The notes: generated by a model from the letters alone, not told the origin. A DNA stretch of 64,000 nt from Candidatus Moraniibacteriota bacterium (GCA_023261645.1 JAHFOO010000003.1:31951-95950), one strand, 5' to 3'; shown: positions 30,816 to 41,486, numbered from the stretch's first letter. A program made the numbers and translations.

Positions 30816-30918
30816 ATTACTTATCCATTCTAGCATATTTTTTCACTCTTGTCCAATAGAACTGATGGAGAAAGAAATGAATGGAGGAGTCTGGTGGATT
30901 TAGATTCTCAAAATAATA

Positions 30919-32715
30919 TCAGCTCTGTCTTTCCCCGTGCAAAAGCATATCCATCGCATGTTGCATAGATCCGGCACGGATAACTTCTCCTGCGTTTACA
31001 AAAAATATGTCATCAGCATTCTCAATGGTATTGAGCCGATGTGCAATAATGACTTTTGTCGTTTTTTCCGGCAACTTATCAATGATTTCTTGGAGTAACT
31101 GTTCTGTAACAGTATCTATATTTGCCGTAGCTTCATCCAAAATCAATATGTCGGGACTGCGTAGGACTGCCCGAATGAACGCAATCAGCTGTTTCTGTCC
31201 CAAACTGATAGCATCCCCGCTTGAAACTACTTTGGTATCCAGCCCCTCAGAAAATCTCGCGAGTAGCTTCGTCAGTTGCGCCTCCTCCAAAACATTCGAT
31301 AACTCAGCATCGGTATATCTGCTATATTCCTCATTTCCATAGAGGATATTTTCACGTACCGTGCCATTAAACAAAAATGGTTCTTGCAAAATAAAGCCGA
31401 TTTTTGCTACCCGCTCGGAAGATTCATAACGACGGATATCCTTCCCTTCAAGATAAATCGTACCCTTACTTGGATCATAAAGTCTCGCCATCAGAGATGC
31501 TGTTGTTGTTTTGCCACCGCCCGTCGGTCCTACCAGTGCATACGTTTTCCCTTTTTCGAGCGTAAAGTTGATATTTTTCAAAACATCCTTTCCTTCCGTA
31601 TATTGAAAAGACACATCCTTGAATTCCATACTAGCAGCCGGATCAGAAGGCGCTGATATTCTTTCCTCTTTATTGGATATGGTTCTCACATCTGATTCGA
31701 GACTCAATACTTCGGAAATACGATCTAAACCCGCAAGCGCCAGCTGAAGCGACGGCCATACGGCTGCAAGTTGTCTCAGTGGACTGTAAAAATTGTTGAC
31801 ATAGAGCAAGAATCCGATGAGCAAACCAACACTGAAATGACCCAAAGATATAAGATATATTCCGTAGACCAATACGGCAAGTTGTGCCAAAGACGAAGCT
31901 AACACATAAACAGGATTGAATACATTGCTTGCAATACCGGCCGAAACTGAGGCGGAGTAGTTGGTCTCATTGACCTCTTTGAATTTATTCCTGAAATAGT
32001 CGAGACGATTGAACGCCACGATCACTTTGAAATTATTGATACTTTCTTGAATTTCTCCACTCATACCACCCAGTGCACGAAGGCTTTTCAGGCTCGCACG
32101 TTTGACCCAAGGATTGAGTATCTGTGTAACAACAAGCGCGATACCTGCGGGCACCAGCGCGATAAGTCCGAGCTGGAAATTGATAAAGAGAATGAATACT
32201 CCTGTGCCTACTATAAGAATGACACCACTGATAAATTGCATCAGTGCCTGCGAAAAAAATTGATTGAGCTTGTCAGTATCATTATTTATGCGAGAGATAA
32301 GGTCACCGGCTTTGTTTTGATTAAAAAATGCTACTGGAAGCTCCTGAAGCTTACTGAATATCTTGCCACGTAAGTTGAAAAGTAGCCGTCTGCCCACACC
32401 TCCCATAGTTATGATCTGGATATAGTTTGAAACAAGATTAGCAATAAAAATACCCGCTAAAAGTCCTGAAAACAATAAGACTCCATGGAAGTTCTTCCCG
32501 ACAATATAGACATCTACAATGTGAGCGATAATAATCGGCACGACAAGTGAAGCAGCGGAGCTTACCAATATAGCAACGATTGAAATCGTCACTGAACGTT
32601 TCTCTTCGACCATCAAAGGCACCAACCTGTGCCAAGCAGTGGTGAGCACGCCCTTTTGTTTTTCTTTTTCTATGTCCGTCTTGGTAAGAGAGTAATTCAC
32701 ATTATTATTTTTCAT
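30919..32715 (-). CDS. Heterodimeric multidrug ABC exporter subunit (TMD+NBD)
   Basis: 6 TM; GPTGGGKTT, ISLGQKQ, ILDEAT, IAHR. Confidence 0.93.
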   Translation of the reverse strand: MKNNNVNYSLTKTDIEKEKQKGVLTTAWHRLVPLMVEEKRSVTISIVAILVSSAASLVVPIIIAHIVDVYIVGKNFHGVLLFSGLLAGIFIANLVSNYIQIITMGGVGRRLLFNLRGKIFSKLQELPVAFFNQNKAGDLISRINNDTDKLNQFFSQALMQFISGVILIVGTGVFILFINFQLGLIALVPAGIALVVTQILNPWVKRASLKSLRALGGMSGEIQESINNFKVIVAFNRLDYFRNKFKEVNETNYSASVSAGIASNVFNPVYVLASSLAQLAVLVYGIYLISLGHFSVGLLIGFLLYVNNFYSPLRQLAAVWPSLQLALAGLDRISEVLSLESDVRTISNKEERISAPSDPAASMEFKDVSFQYTEGKDVLKNINFTLEKGKTYALVGPTGGGKTTTASLMARLYDPSKGTIYLEGKDIRRYESSERVAKIGFILQEPFLFNGTVRENILYGNEEYSRYTDAELSNVLEEAQLTKLLARFSEGLDTKVVSSGDAISLGQKQLIAFIRAVLRSPDILILDEATANIDTVTEQLLQEIIDKLPEKTTKVIIAHRLNTIENADDIFFVNAGEVIRAGSMQHAMDMLLHGERQS

Positions 32716-34474
32716 CAGTTAATTCATATTGACTGGTACTTCGCTGTGATTGGAAAATCTGCACATATTCCGGTGACGAATGCATCAACTGCTCATGTGT
32801 GCCCTTGGCCAGCAATTCTCCTTCCATAAGCACTATGATCTGATCATAGTGTTCAATGGATGAAATTTTTTGGGTGACAGATATGAGCGTAAGTTCAGGA
32901 TAATTCTTGGCAACATTGCTCAAAATCTTTTTTTCAGTATGCGCATCGACGCGTGCGGTGAAATCATCCAGGAGCAGTACTTTGGGATCGAGCGCCAGTG
33001 CGCGAGCAAGCATAATGCGCTGTTTTTGACCTCCTGAAAGGCTGGTCCCTCTTTCTGAAACTATTGTATCCAATTTTTTCGGCAAAGCCTCGATATAGTC
33101 TTTCAGCTCTGCGGTTTCTATCGCTTTTTCAATATATTCATCGGAAGCAGTGTTGCTGAACGCGATATTTTCTCTGAGACTCAGGTTGAATATCACACTG
33201 TCTTGAAAAACAAATCCGACTTGACTGTGCAAGCTTTCTTTATTGTATTCATTGATATTCTTACCATCAAAACACACTTCGCCTTCTGTCGGGGCAAGAA
33301 GTCCCGTAAGCAAGTACAGTAGCTGAGTCTTGCCGGCGGCTGTTGGACCAATAATAGCCGTTTTGCTTCCGGATTTCACTGAAAATGAGATGTCTTTGAG
33401 TACTCTTTTTTCTCCGAAATGTACGGACACATTCTTCACTTCGATATCACCTCGAAGAACCGCTTTGATTCCTCCGGTTTTCTTCTCGACCGGTGCATTG
33501 AGTACCTGCAAGATGCGTCCATAGGAAGCCCCAGCCTGGGCGATAAGGTTGCTTATGAATCCAAGGATGAGTATCGGGAAAATAAGGATAGCAAGATAAC
33601 TATTGAAAGCTGTAAAATTGCCGAGCGACATTGTGCCTGTTATGACAAAATGTCCTCCTAGGAGGACTATGGCCAGTGTTGCGATATTTGTAAAAAAGGT
33701 GATAACAGGAATAAGACCGGAGAATAATCTCAATATCTCAAGGCTGATATTTTTTGCTTCCATATTCGCGCCGAGGAATTTTTCACTTTCGTGATGCTGA
33801 GAGTTGAGCAAACGGATCAAGGCACTTCCCAGAATACTTTCGCTAATAACTTTGTTCAGCCAGTCTATGGCCTCTTGGGATCTGATGAAAAGCTTGCGAA
33901 CTTTTTTCAATACGAAAAAGAATGTCGCTGCAATGATAGGAGTAACCGAGAGCACTGCCAGTGCCAGCTTCCAATCAGTAATGAGGAGGAGTACCGATAC
34001 ACCGATGATCAAAAATGCAGACGAAATGATAGACGAAACAGCCGTTGAGACAAATGTTTTGACCGCATCAACATCCGAAGTCAGGTTGGTCAAGAGTTTT
34101 GCTGGTGTGGCACTTTCGATGTACGAGTACGGCTGTACTGATATCTTGGCTGCAATATCATTGCGAATATCGTGTGCTACTCGCTCTGATGCCAAGACCT
34201 GTACGATATTTTGCAGATAAGTAAATATGAAAATAAGCAGAGCAATAATGGAGAATTCAACAATGAGCGGTGCTATGAAGAAATTGCCACTCGTGTAACT
34301 ATCAATGGTGTGCGCAATGATTTTCGGCACAGCAATACTCAGTCCATTGGCACTTATAGTAAGCACCACAAGAAGAGTGATAATACCCGTGTATTTTCCA
34401 AGCAATCCAAAAAGGCTCGGGGCCAATACTCCTATATCATTGTCATTACTTTTGTATTCTTTTTTTCGTTGCAT
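32705..34474 (-). CDS. Heterodimeric multidrug ABC exporter subunit with degenerate nucleotide site
   Basis: GPTAAGKT, LSGGQKQR, Walker B LLDD (E to D), switch VTQ (H to Q). Confidence 0.93.
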   Translation of the reverse strand: MQRKKEYKSNDNDIGVLAPSLFGLLGKYTGIITLLVVLTISANGLSIAVPKIIAHTIDSYTSGNFFIAPLIVEFSIIALLIFIFTYLQNIVQVLASERVAHDIRNDIAAKISVQPYSYIESATPAKLLTNLTSDVDAVKTFVSTAVSSIISSAFLIIGVSVLLLITDWKLALAVLSVTPIIAATFFFVLKKVRKLFIRSQEAIDWLNKVISESILGSALIRLLNSQHHESEKFLGANMEAKNISLEILRLFSGLIPVITFFTNIATLAIVLLGGHFVITGTMSLGNFTAFNSYLAILIFPILILGFISNLIAQAGASYGRILQVLNAPVEKKTGGIKAVLRGDIEVKNVSVHFGEKRVLKDISFSVKSGSKTAIIGPTAAGKTQLLYLLTGLLAPTEGEVCFDGKNINEYNKESLHSQVGFVFQDSVIFNLSLRENIAFSNTASDEYIEKAIETAELKDYIEALPKKLDTIVSERGTSLSGGQKQRIMLARALALDPKVLLLDDFTARVDAHTEKKILSNVAKNYPELTLISVTQKISSIEHYDQIIVLMEGELLAKGTHEQLMHSSPEYVQIFQSQRSTSQYELTDEK

Positions 34475-34487
34475 AATAAATTGATTA

Positions 34488-34934
34488 TCATTTTTCAACA
34501 ACAATCGTATTCTCTATTATCTTATTCAGTAAGTAACAATACGATTCAAATTCATCATCAGTCAGTACATCAAAAATATGTTCCATATATTGGATACGTT
34601 TATTTCTGAGTGCCTCCATACGTTTTTTGCTCTTCTCTGAAAGAGAAAGACTGAGCGCCCGCTTATCATCACTACTCGTTTTCTTGATCACATATTTTTT
34701 CTGAACCAGAGATTCGACAAGCTGGGTTGTCGCACTCGAAGTGATACTGAGCGCCTTGGCCAATTCTTTAATTGTCACTTTTTCATTTTTTCGCAAATGT
34801 TGAAGAACGAGCCACTGAGAGGCGGTGATGTGCGTACCTTTCAAACAATGAGAAGCTACACCGATACTCATCTTGCGTTTTATGGTATGAAAATCTTCGA
34901 CCAGCTTCTCAATCTGTTTCCTCCGTTGTGTCAT
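34488..34934 (-). CDS. MarR-family regulator
   Basis: ITASQWLVL, ITSSATTQLV, DKRALSLSL. Confidence 0.92.
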   Translation of the reverse strand: MTQRRKQIEKLVEDFHTIKRKMSIGVASHCLKGTHITASQWLVLQHLRKNEKVTIKELAKALSITSSATTQLVESLVQKKYVIKKTSSDDKRALSLSLSEKSKKRMEALRNKRIQYMEHIFDVLTDDEFESYCYLLNKIIENTIVVEK

Positions 34935-35081
34935 ACTATTTTTTTAAATTGTGTAAGTATATTAACTAATTTTGATACATCTGTCAATGAAATTATACTT
35001 TACAGACTCAAATATCAGCCACAAACAACAAAAAACAAGGCTTGCCACGACCTTGAATTCGACGGAGAGAGAATAGGAGGA

Positions 35082-35336
35082 TCACGGACGATGTGAGCAG
35101 CCAGCCCAACAACAAGGCCGACGCATTCCTGATTTAAGCTTCGAAAGACCAACCTCGATCCGACGCTTTCTCGTTTCTGGTTTCTTAGCATCAAGAATCC
35201 AGCAAATCCATTCGTTGCGTGCGAGCGGTGTGATATCCTCCCAGAGAATATGTGCCGAGGGTGTTATCATTAGTGCTTTCCGCCAATCAGCGGGTACTGC
35301 GTGTACGACGCCAGTTGATACCTTGTTTTGTGTCAT
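35082..35336 (-). CDS. YdeI/OmpD-associated family protein
   Basis: VPAD, TPLARNEWICWI..AKKPETRKRRI, RRPCCWAGC.HR. Confidence 0.85.
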   Translation of the reverse strand: MTQNKVSTGVVHAVPADWRKALMITPSAHILWEDITPLARNEWICWILDAKKPETRKRRIEVGLSKLKSGMRRPCCWAGCSHRP

Positions 35337-35556
35337 AATTTTAACAATAGCCAACACTATTTCTAATATACACTATTCTAATATCCTATCAAAGTCTCAA
35401 AGCTTTACTCCTTCAGATTGAAGAAGTTTATGGAGCAAAGTGTGTGAGATTTACCCCGCTCTGCTTTTCGCTATGTCTGTACCCAGTTATGAAATTGGTA
35501 CGGTATATTCTTCTCATCGTTATCCATACCGTATTCTAAATCTTTACTTCTTTTCG

Positions 35557-36540
35557 CTATTTCAAATATGTCTCAATATTTGCCTTGTGTTCATCGTACG
35601 TTTTGGCACAATGGATTTGCCGATTGTTATCGTGGAGATAATACAAACAATCTGTTTCCGTAGGGTGCAGAACGGCCTCGATAGCATCCGTTCCAGGATT
35701 ATCGATAGGAAACGGAGGCAATCCTTTGTATTTGTAAGTATTGTAAGAAGAATCGATATTAGTTATGTCCACTGATTCGATAGGCGCCCACCAGCCAGCC
35801 TCGGTCTTCCCTCGAGCATATTGGACAGTCGCATCAATTTCCAGATTCATTCCTTGATTCAATCGATTCCAAAGAATTCCAGCAATCAAGGGCATATCGT
35901 CTTTCCCTCCCGCTTCCCGCTGGATAATCGAAGCTAATTTCAAGCCAGTTGTCCACAAGATATTCTGTTGTGCGAATTGGCTGATATAGGGAGCGAATTT
36001 TTCATCAAAATGCCTTGTCATCCGATTGGCAATTTCGAATCCGCTTTCACCTACCGGAATAAGATATGTGTCGGGAAAATATGTTCCTTCGATATAGTCT
36101 ATCCTCATTTTTGTGTACTCCGTATTCCATTTATCGAGTTCATTATCGCTCCAGGAAAACGTTTTCGTCAAAATTTCACCTATCTGTTCTTTTCGGAGTC
36201 CCTCAGGGACAACTACCCATTTCATATCTGGAGAGGCGGTCAATTTCTTGGCGAGTTGCCAAATACTCATATTTTTTGACACATTGTAACCGCCGGATTC
36301 TATCGTATGATTATTCGTGAGAAACAGAGCTAGTTTGAAAGCTGCTTTGTTTCTAATCAATCTCTGACTTTTCAATTTATCTACTGTTTGAACCTCGGTT
36401 TGATTCCGATTAACGATGAAAACAGTATTCTCCTCCTGCGATTGAGGCGCACTGAAAAACAAGTAGTTCACTAGAAACAGACCCGTCATTATGACCAGGA
36501 CCAATCCTATTATAATTCCAAATTTCCTTTTTTTGTCCAT
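35557..36540 (-). CDS. mltG: Endolytic murein transglycosylase MltG (YceG family)
   Basis: VPEGLR, EGTYFPDTY, LASIIQRE, LEIDATVQY, SSYNTY..GLPP.PI.NPG, LYYLHD. Confidence 0.93.
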   Translation of the reverse strand: MDKKRKFGIIIGLVLVIMTGLFLVNYLFFSAPQSQEENTVFIVNRNQTEVQTVDKLKSQRLIRNKAAFKLALFLTNNHTIESGGYNVSKNMSIWQLAKKLTASPDMKWVVVPEGLRKEQIGEILTKTFSWSDNELDKWNTEYTKMRIDYIEGTYFPDTYLIPVGESGFEIANRMTRHFDEKFAPYISQFAQQNILWTTGLKLASIIQREAGGKDDMPLIAGILWNRLNQGMNLEIDATVQYARGKTEAGWWAPIESVDITNIDSSYNTYKYKGLPPFPIDNPGTDAIEAVLHPTETDCLYYLHDNNRQIHCAKTYDEHKANIETYLK

Positions 36541-36809
36541 ATCTTCTCTTCTTTATAAATTTTTTGTATATGCTTTTTGATTGCTCTTGATCCCATTTTA
36601 GCACAGGTCTCAGCATCCATCAGGGGTAACAAAAATAGAGACTCAGATAAATCTCTGTTCATATATGTTTGCTTGGAAAAATAGCTTTCGAACTTTTCAG
36701 TGAGAAATAGTATTTTTCAATGCATCGAATGAATCGATTATCAACCTTCGTTGAACGACAAACCAATAAACAATACGGTTGTGCTCATAAATCAAAAGAG
36801 ACTTTATCT

Positions 36810-38294
36810 CTATTCAACAAAAACTTTTTCCTTTGATTCATGATCGACCCTGATCCAGTATGCACCCGCCGCACCAAACATCGCCAAGGCCGCCGCCACT
36901 ACGAAAACATGATCATATGCAGCAACCTGTGCTTTCAAAATGATCAAATCAATCCCTGTCTTGATCACATTGGGATCCAAAGATCTGATAACGCTATTTT
37001 GAGCGATTTCTGTCACCTTGCTGTTTACGGCGTTTTGTAGAAATGTTCCAAATGCCGCAATACCGAAGGCGCCCGCGATATTACGTGCTAAAGCCAGAAC
37101 TGAAGAGGCGCTTCCTATCTCGTTTTGCGGTACAGCTGAAGCGATGATACTTGTCCGCTGAGCCATACCAAATCCCATACCGAACGCCATAATTATCAAA
37201 GGAATGATGATATCGATGGATGTCGAACGAGGATCGAGATAGGAAAACAAATAGAGCCCCACGCCAGCAACGAACGTGCTTGCCATAATAACAACGCGGG
37301 CTGACACTTTCCCTACCAGATTGCCACCGATCGGCGCAGCTAAAAGCAAAGCGAAGGCCATCGGCATAAAAAGATAGCCAGTCTGGGTCGCATCCAAACC
37401 GAGATATGTCTGAGCAAAAACCGGAATCAGAAACATCGATCCCATCATCGTCATAAATACGATAAAATTATTCAACAAAACATTTACAAAAACCGTATTC
37501 TTGAAAAAATTCAAATCAATGATAGCATCCTTATGCTCCTGTTCGATACGGATAAAAATATATCCGAATATGATAGTCACCAAATAAGCAGTCAGACTCG
37601 GAATAGAAAACCATCCCCAGCTCAGCCCCTTATCAAGAACGAGGACAAGTGAACTAAGCGCTATTCCCAAAACGATTGCCCCCCACCAATCAAAGCCGTG
37701 TTCTTTTTCCTTTTTTTTGCTTTCATGAATATAGGTCATAGCCATAAGCAGACCCACGATTCCTACTGGAAGGTTTACCAGAAAGACACTACGCCAACCG
37801 AAATTATCGATGAGCGGACCTCCTATAAGTGGCCCAAATACTGATGCCGCTGCAAAAGACGAAGACCAGATGCCCAAAGCCTGAGCTCTTTCTTTGCCTG
37901 GCTTGAAAGTGATGGCCAAGATTGCCATGGCTGTCGGGTAATCTGCTGATCCGGCAATGGCTTGGATCACTCGAAAGGCGATCATCGAGTTCAGATTCCA
38001 AGACAATCCGGCCAATATCGATCCGAAGATAAACAAAGAAAAACCGACGATATAGATTTTCTTTTGCCCATATATATCGCCAAGCTTTCCCCAAATAGGG
38101 ACAAAGATGGCATTGGCCAGGATATATGCTGTTGCGATCCAGCCAGCAGAAGAAACAGTGATTCCGAAATCACCGATAATTTTTGGGATGGCTAGATTCA
38201 CGATTGTCTGATCAAGACGCCCAAGAAAAGTTCCAACGATCACCGTAAACAATATCATCCAGCGCAAATTTTTTGGATCTTTGAATATTTTCAC
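36810..38294 (-). CDS. DHA2-family MFS efflux permease (EmrB/QacA-like)
   Basis: LDQTIVNLAIP, GKLGDIYG, GPLIGG, WRSVFLVNLPVG; about 14 TM. Confidence 0.93.
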   Translation of the reverse strand: MKIFKDPKNLRWMILFTVIVGTFLGRLDQTIVNLAIPKIIGDFGITVSSAGWIATAYILANAIFVPIWGKLGDIYGQKKIYIVGFSLFIFGSILAGLSWNLNSMIAFRVIQAIAGSADYPTAMAILAITFKPGKERAQALGIWSSSFAAASVFGPLIGGPLIDNFGWRSVFLVNLPVGIVGLLMAMTYIHESKKKEKEHGFDWWGAIVLGIALSSLVLVLDKGLSWGWFSIPSLTAYLVTIIFGYIFIRIEQEHKDAIIDLNFFKNTVFVNVLLNNFIVFMTMMGSMFLIPVFAQTYLGLDATQTGYLFMPMAFALLLAAPIGGNLVGKVSARVVIMASTFVAGVGLYLFSYLDPRSTSIDIIIPLIIMAFGMGFGMAQRTSIIASAVPQNEIGSASSVLALARNIAGAFGIAAFGTFLQNAVNSKVTEIAQNSVIRSLDPNVIKTGIDLIILKAQVAAYDHVFVVAAALAMFGAAGAYWIRVDHESKEKVFVE

Positions 38295-38311
38295 AGAACC
38301 TGTTCCTTTTG

Positions 38312-38962
38312 TTAATTCGTATAAATGGTCACTTTTGCAGACATACCGTTCTTTAGTTCGGGATACTGCTTCACATCAAAACGGATTTTCACATCAAACT
38401 GGCGCACCTCCCGCTGATCAGAAATATTGAATACCACTCCAGATTGGCGCGAGGTCGAACTAACTTCCTCAACGATCCCGGAATATTTTTTTGAACCGAA
38501 AGCATCAACCGTAAATACCGCACTTTGCCCAATATGTATATCGCTTAAACCACTGTTCTCATCAATATGTGCTACCACGCGAAGTTGTGCTGGATTGATA
38601 ACCGTCACTATCGACTCACCAACACCGACTGTCTTGCCCACATTGTTCTGAGCGCTTATGACTAGACCAACATCTTTGGTCTTCAAAATCTGATCCGAAA
38701 CCTGCGCGACACTTGCATTGGATGAAACCAGATCACCCTCTTTGACAAATATTTTCTGAATAACTCCACCTTGTTCTGACGCAATTGTAATGCTTGGTGC
38801 TTCAATATCTGCTTTGTCGGTAACAATTTGATTTTTCGTGATTGCAAAGAAAAACAATCCCACTACCGCAATAACCGCAAGCAACACAAATCCTAGCAAC
38901 GCAGTGCTTCGCGCCGAACTTCTTTTCGAGACTTCTTGTGGCACGGACAGTTCTTGTTCCAT
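38312..38962 (-). CDS. HlyD/EmrA-like adaptor (short form)
   Basis: TM, lipoyl domain, IDE....I.IGQ, VDAF, LKNGMSA. Confidence 0.85.
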   Translation of the reverse strand: MEQELSVPQEVSKRSSARSTALLGFVLLAVIAVVGLFFFAITKNQIVTDKADIEAPSITIASEQGGVIQKIFVKEGDLVSSNASVAQVSDQILKTKDVGLVISAQNNVGKTVGVGESIVTVINPAQLRVVAHIDENSGLSDIHIGQSAVFTVDAFGSKKYSGIVEEVSSTSRQSGVVFNISDQREVRQFDVKIRFDVKQYPELKNGMSAKVTIYTN

Positions 38963-38987
38963 ATGATTGATCTTGAAAAAATAATAA

Positions 38988-40043
38988 TTACTTCGCGATA
39001 TATTCTCCTTCAGAAAGCCCGCTAACGATCTCTACCATCCCGTCGACGCCGGTGATTCCGGTGATTATCTCTTTTTCCTGTCCTGTACCATTCTCTGAAA
39101 CAAGTACAAGTTGCTTGCCATCTCGACTGATAATCGACGTGGAAGGAACCCTGACGACATTTTCCTTTTTGCTCGTCTTAAACAAGATATTCACGGTCAT
39201 TCCTGATTTGATACGATCGTCATTTCCTGAAAATACGCATGTCACCTTATACGTAGGCACTCCATTTTTCGTCGTTTCACCAGGATCAATCGCCACTACC
39301 TGAGCCGAAAATATAGCTGAGTTGCCATAGGCATCAAACGTCACATCGGCCGTATCACCAACCTTTATTTTCGTAACATCCTGCTCAGAAACAAAAGACT
39401 GGATCTCAAAAATATCCTTGCCGGTAATAAACGTAGCCACCGGTACTCCAGGCGCCACCACATCTCCAACTTCAACGTTTTGTTTGGCAACAATCCCATC
39501 AAATGGCGCTCGAATGATTGTTTTTTGGAGCTGTGCCAGTGCATTTCTCAAACCAGCCTGAACACCAAGCAACGTCGCCTCTTGTACCACAACGCTTTTT
39601 TCCGTCACAGTCACCTGAGCTTTCTGTACTTTCTTGGCATTCGAGCTCAAGCCTTTGAGTTTCAACTTTTCCATTTTCACAGATGCATTAAGCTCATCGA
39701 GTAACAGTCGAGCGCTGGAAACGCTCGCTAGAACCTGGTCATATTGTGCTTGTACATCTGCATTTTCTGATTGAGCAATCATGGCACCGGCCTTCACAGA
39801 GTCTCCCGCTTTTGTGAAAAGTTTCGTTATGGTTGCCGGGAAAGCACTTCCAAAACCTAAATCAGCTTGCTTTTGAGATCTCACTGTACCAGAGAGGGAG
39901 ATTCCCTCGACAACGTCTCCCCGAGAAACCTGGATCATTCCAACACTCGGATGACCGGAATAGTTCAAATATATGAACGCTATCGCCAAAGCACCAATTG
40001 AGATAATAGCCATAAGCAATCTGTTCGCTATTTTCTTATTCAT
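38988..40043 (-). CDS. Efflux periplasmic adaptor subunit (MacA/HlyD family)
   Basis: IRAPFDGIV, VSEQDV.KIKVG, IKSGMT, SGLSEGE. Confidence 0.9.
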   Translation of the reverse strand: MNKKIANRLLMAIISIGALAIAFIYLNYSGHPSVGMIQVSRGDVVEGISLSGTVRSQKQADLGFGSAFPATITKLFTKAGDSVKAGAMIAQSENADVQAQYDQVLASVSSARLLLDELNASVKMEKLKLKGLSSNAKKVQKAQVTVTEKSVVVQEATLLGVQAGLRNALAQLQKTIIRAPFDGIVAKQNVEVGDVVAPGVPVATFITGKDIFEIQSFVSEQDVTKIKVGDTADVTFDAYGNSAIFSAQVVAIDPGETTKNGVPTYKVTCVFSGNDDRIKSGMTVNILFKTSKKENVVRVPSTSIISRDGKQLVLVSENGTGQEKEIITGITGVDGMVEIVSGLSEGEYIAK

Positions 40044-40066
40044 AGAATATATTCTCTTAAAATAAA

Positions 40067-40489
40067 TTACCTGGTGATATTCGTTACTTTTTCTAAAATG
40101 GCTGTCAACTGCTTCTGTTCATCGATTGTCAGCCTCCTTAAATTCTTTCGCAGTGTTTCGGCCGCATTCTGCTTATATATTTCCAAATACTCCTCACCTT
40201 TCTTCGTAATCACGATACGTACCGTTCTGCGATCTTTCTCATCTGCTTGCCTCTCTACCAGCCGTGCCCTAACAATCGTGTTAACGAGTGAAGTTGCTGA
40301 GGGCGGAGTAATTCCCAATAAACCGGCAATCTCTCTCATAAATGGTTTTTTCTTCTTCACATATGCGAGTGTCACCATATGCAGATAAGAACACGCTTTC
40401 TCGCTCTTTTGCTCCCGTTGCTCGTGCAAGAGTTTGTTGGTCTCAAAAATAAGTCGTATGATACGATCAATAGAATTTTCCATATTCAT
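40067..40489 (-). CDS. MarR-family regulator
   Basis: ITPPSATSLV, DRRTVRIVITKKG. Confidence 0.92.
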   Translation of the reverse strand: MNMENSIDRIIRLIFETNKLLHEQREQKSEKACSYLHMVTLAYVKKKKPFMREIAGLLGITPPSATSLVNTIVRARLVERQADEKDRRTVRIVITKKGEEYLEIYKQNAAETLRKNLRRLTIDEQKQLTAILEKVTNITR

Positions 40490-40502
40490 TAGAATAAAAA
40501 AT

Positions 40503-40544
40503 TATTAGAAGCTCTAATATACCAATCTTCTCTTTTTTTGTCAA
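40503..40544 (-). promoter_or_regulatory. Sigma70 promoter with palindromic operator
   Basis: Minus strand TTGACA-N17-TATATT; inverted repeat TATTAGA-agc-TCTAATA at 40503-40519 overlaps the -10/+1. Confidence 0.65.
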
Positions 40545-40812
40545 TATTCCATCAAGAACCAAGGCTCAAATCCTGCCAGAATAACAAAACAAGGCTTGTT
40601 ACAGACTTTTTTTATTAGCTCTCCCTAGTAGATAAACTTAGAACTTTTGATTGGGGAAATATTAGAAAGGTAATGGAAGAAATGGAGAAAATTTTGATAT
40701 AAAAAACGCCATCCAATAACCAGGATGGCTCGGTTGGGCACTAATTCCTGACCCCTTTTCTGCTCCTAAAAATATGCGGTGACTCCAATATCGAAAGGGG
40801 TATCAAAATCAG

Positions 40813-41373
40813 TTATTGAAGATAAGCTTCTTTCAATTTGTAGGCTATGTCGTGAAGTTCTTCATGCCGTTCTTTCCCGATGACGTTTTTGTCCACGTCT
40901 TCAAAGCCTTTGTCCAGTTCTTTTAATTTGCTTTCCGAAAGTGTTTTTTCCGTCATCGGGAAAAGCACTTTATTTTCACGATCTATATGCTGGTCGAGAA
41001 GTTTGATATACGCCTTTGTGTTCTCACCGAAAGCGGAAACATCGTCGCTTTCAATGGCATCGGCCATATTTTTCACGAATCCTCTGCCGATAGTGTGTTC
41101 TTCGATAAAACCATCAACGAGAGCGATTTCTTCCGGTATATTGTTTTCCCTTACGGCTGGAAAATACAAAGCCTCTTCTTTTCCATGGTGACACTTGTCC
41201 GCGAATTCCCGGATAAATGTGATGGCGAGTTGCATATGTTCTTTATTGAGAGGCTTTCCAGATTCAAGTTGCTCGCATACTTTTTCCAGAACACGAAGCA
41301 CCATTTTGATCAATCCGTGTTCTCTTTCCATATCTTTAATGGGATCTGGAAAATCGAATTCGACAGGATTCAT
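40813..41373 (-). CDS. Hemerythrin (HHE) domain protein
   Basis: EH..I, CHHGKEE..YFP, EEH..GR, QHIDREN..LFP. Confidence 0.88.
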   Translation of the reverse strand: MNPVEFDFPDPIKDMEREHGLIKMVLRVLEKVCEQLESGKPLNKEHMQLAITFIREFADKCHHGKEEALYFPAVRENNIPEEIALVDGFIEEHTIGRGFVKNMADAIESDDVSAFGENTKAYIKLLDQHIDRENKVLFPMTEKTLSESKLKELDKGFEDVDKNVIGKERHEELHDIAYKLKEAYLQ

Positions 41374-41486
41374 AGAATTTATTTGACCGTATAACAATTA
41401 ACAATACTCATTATAGCACAAAAAAACTCCCCCGACTCCACAACAAGATCAGATGCCCTTACAAAAAGAGTGATTTTCACTTGTTA

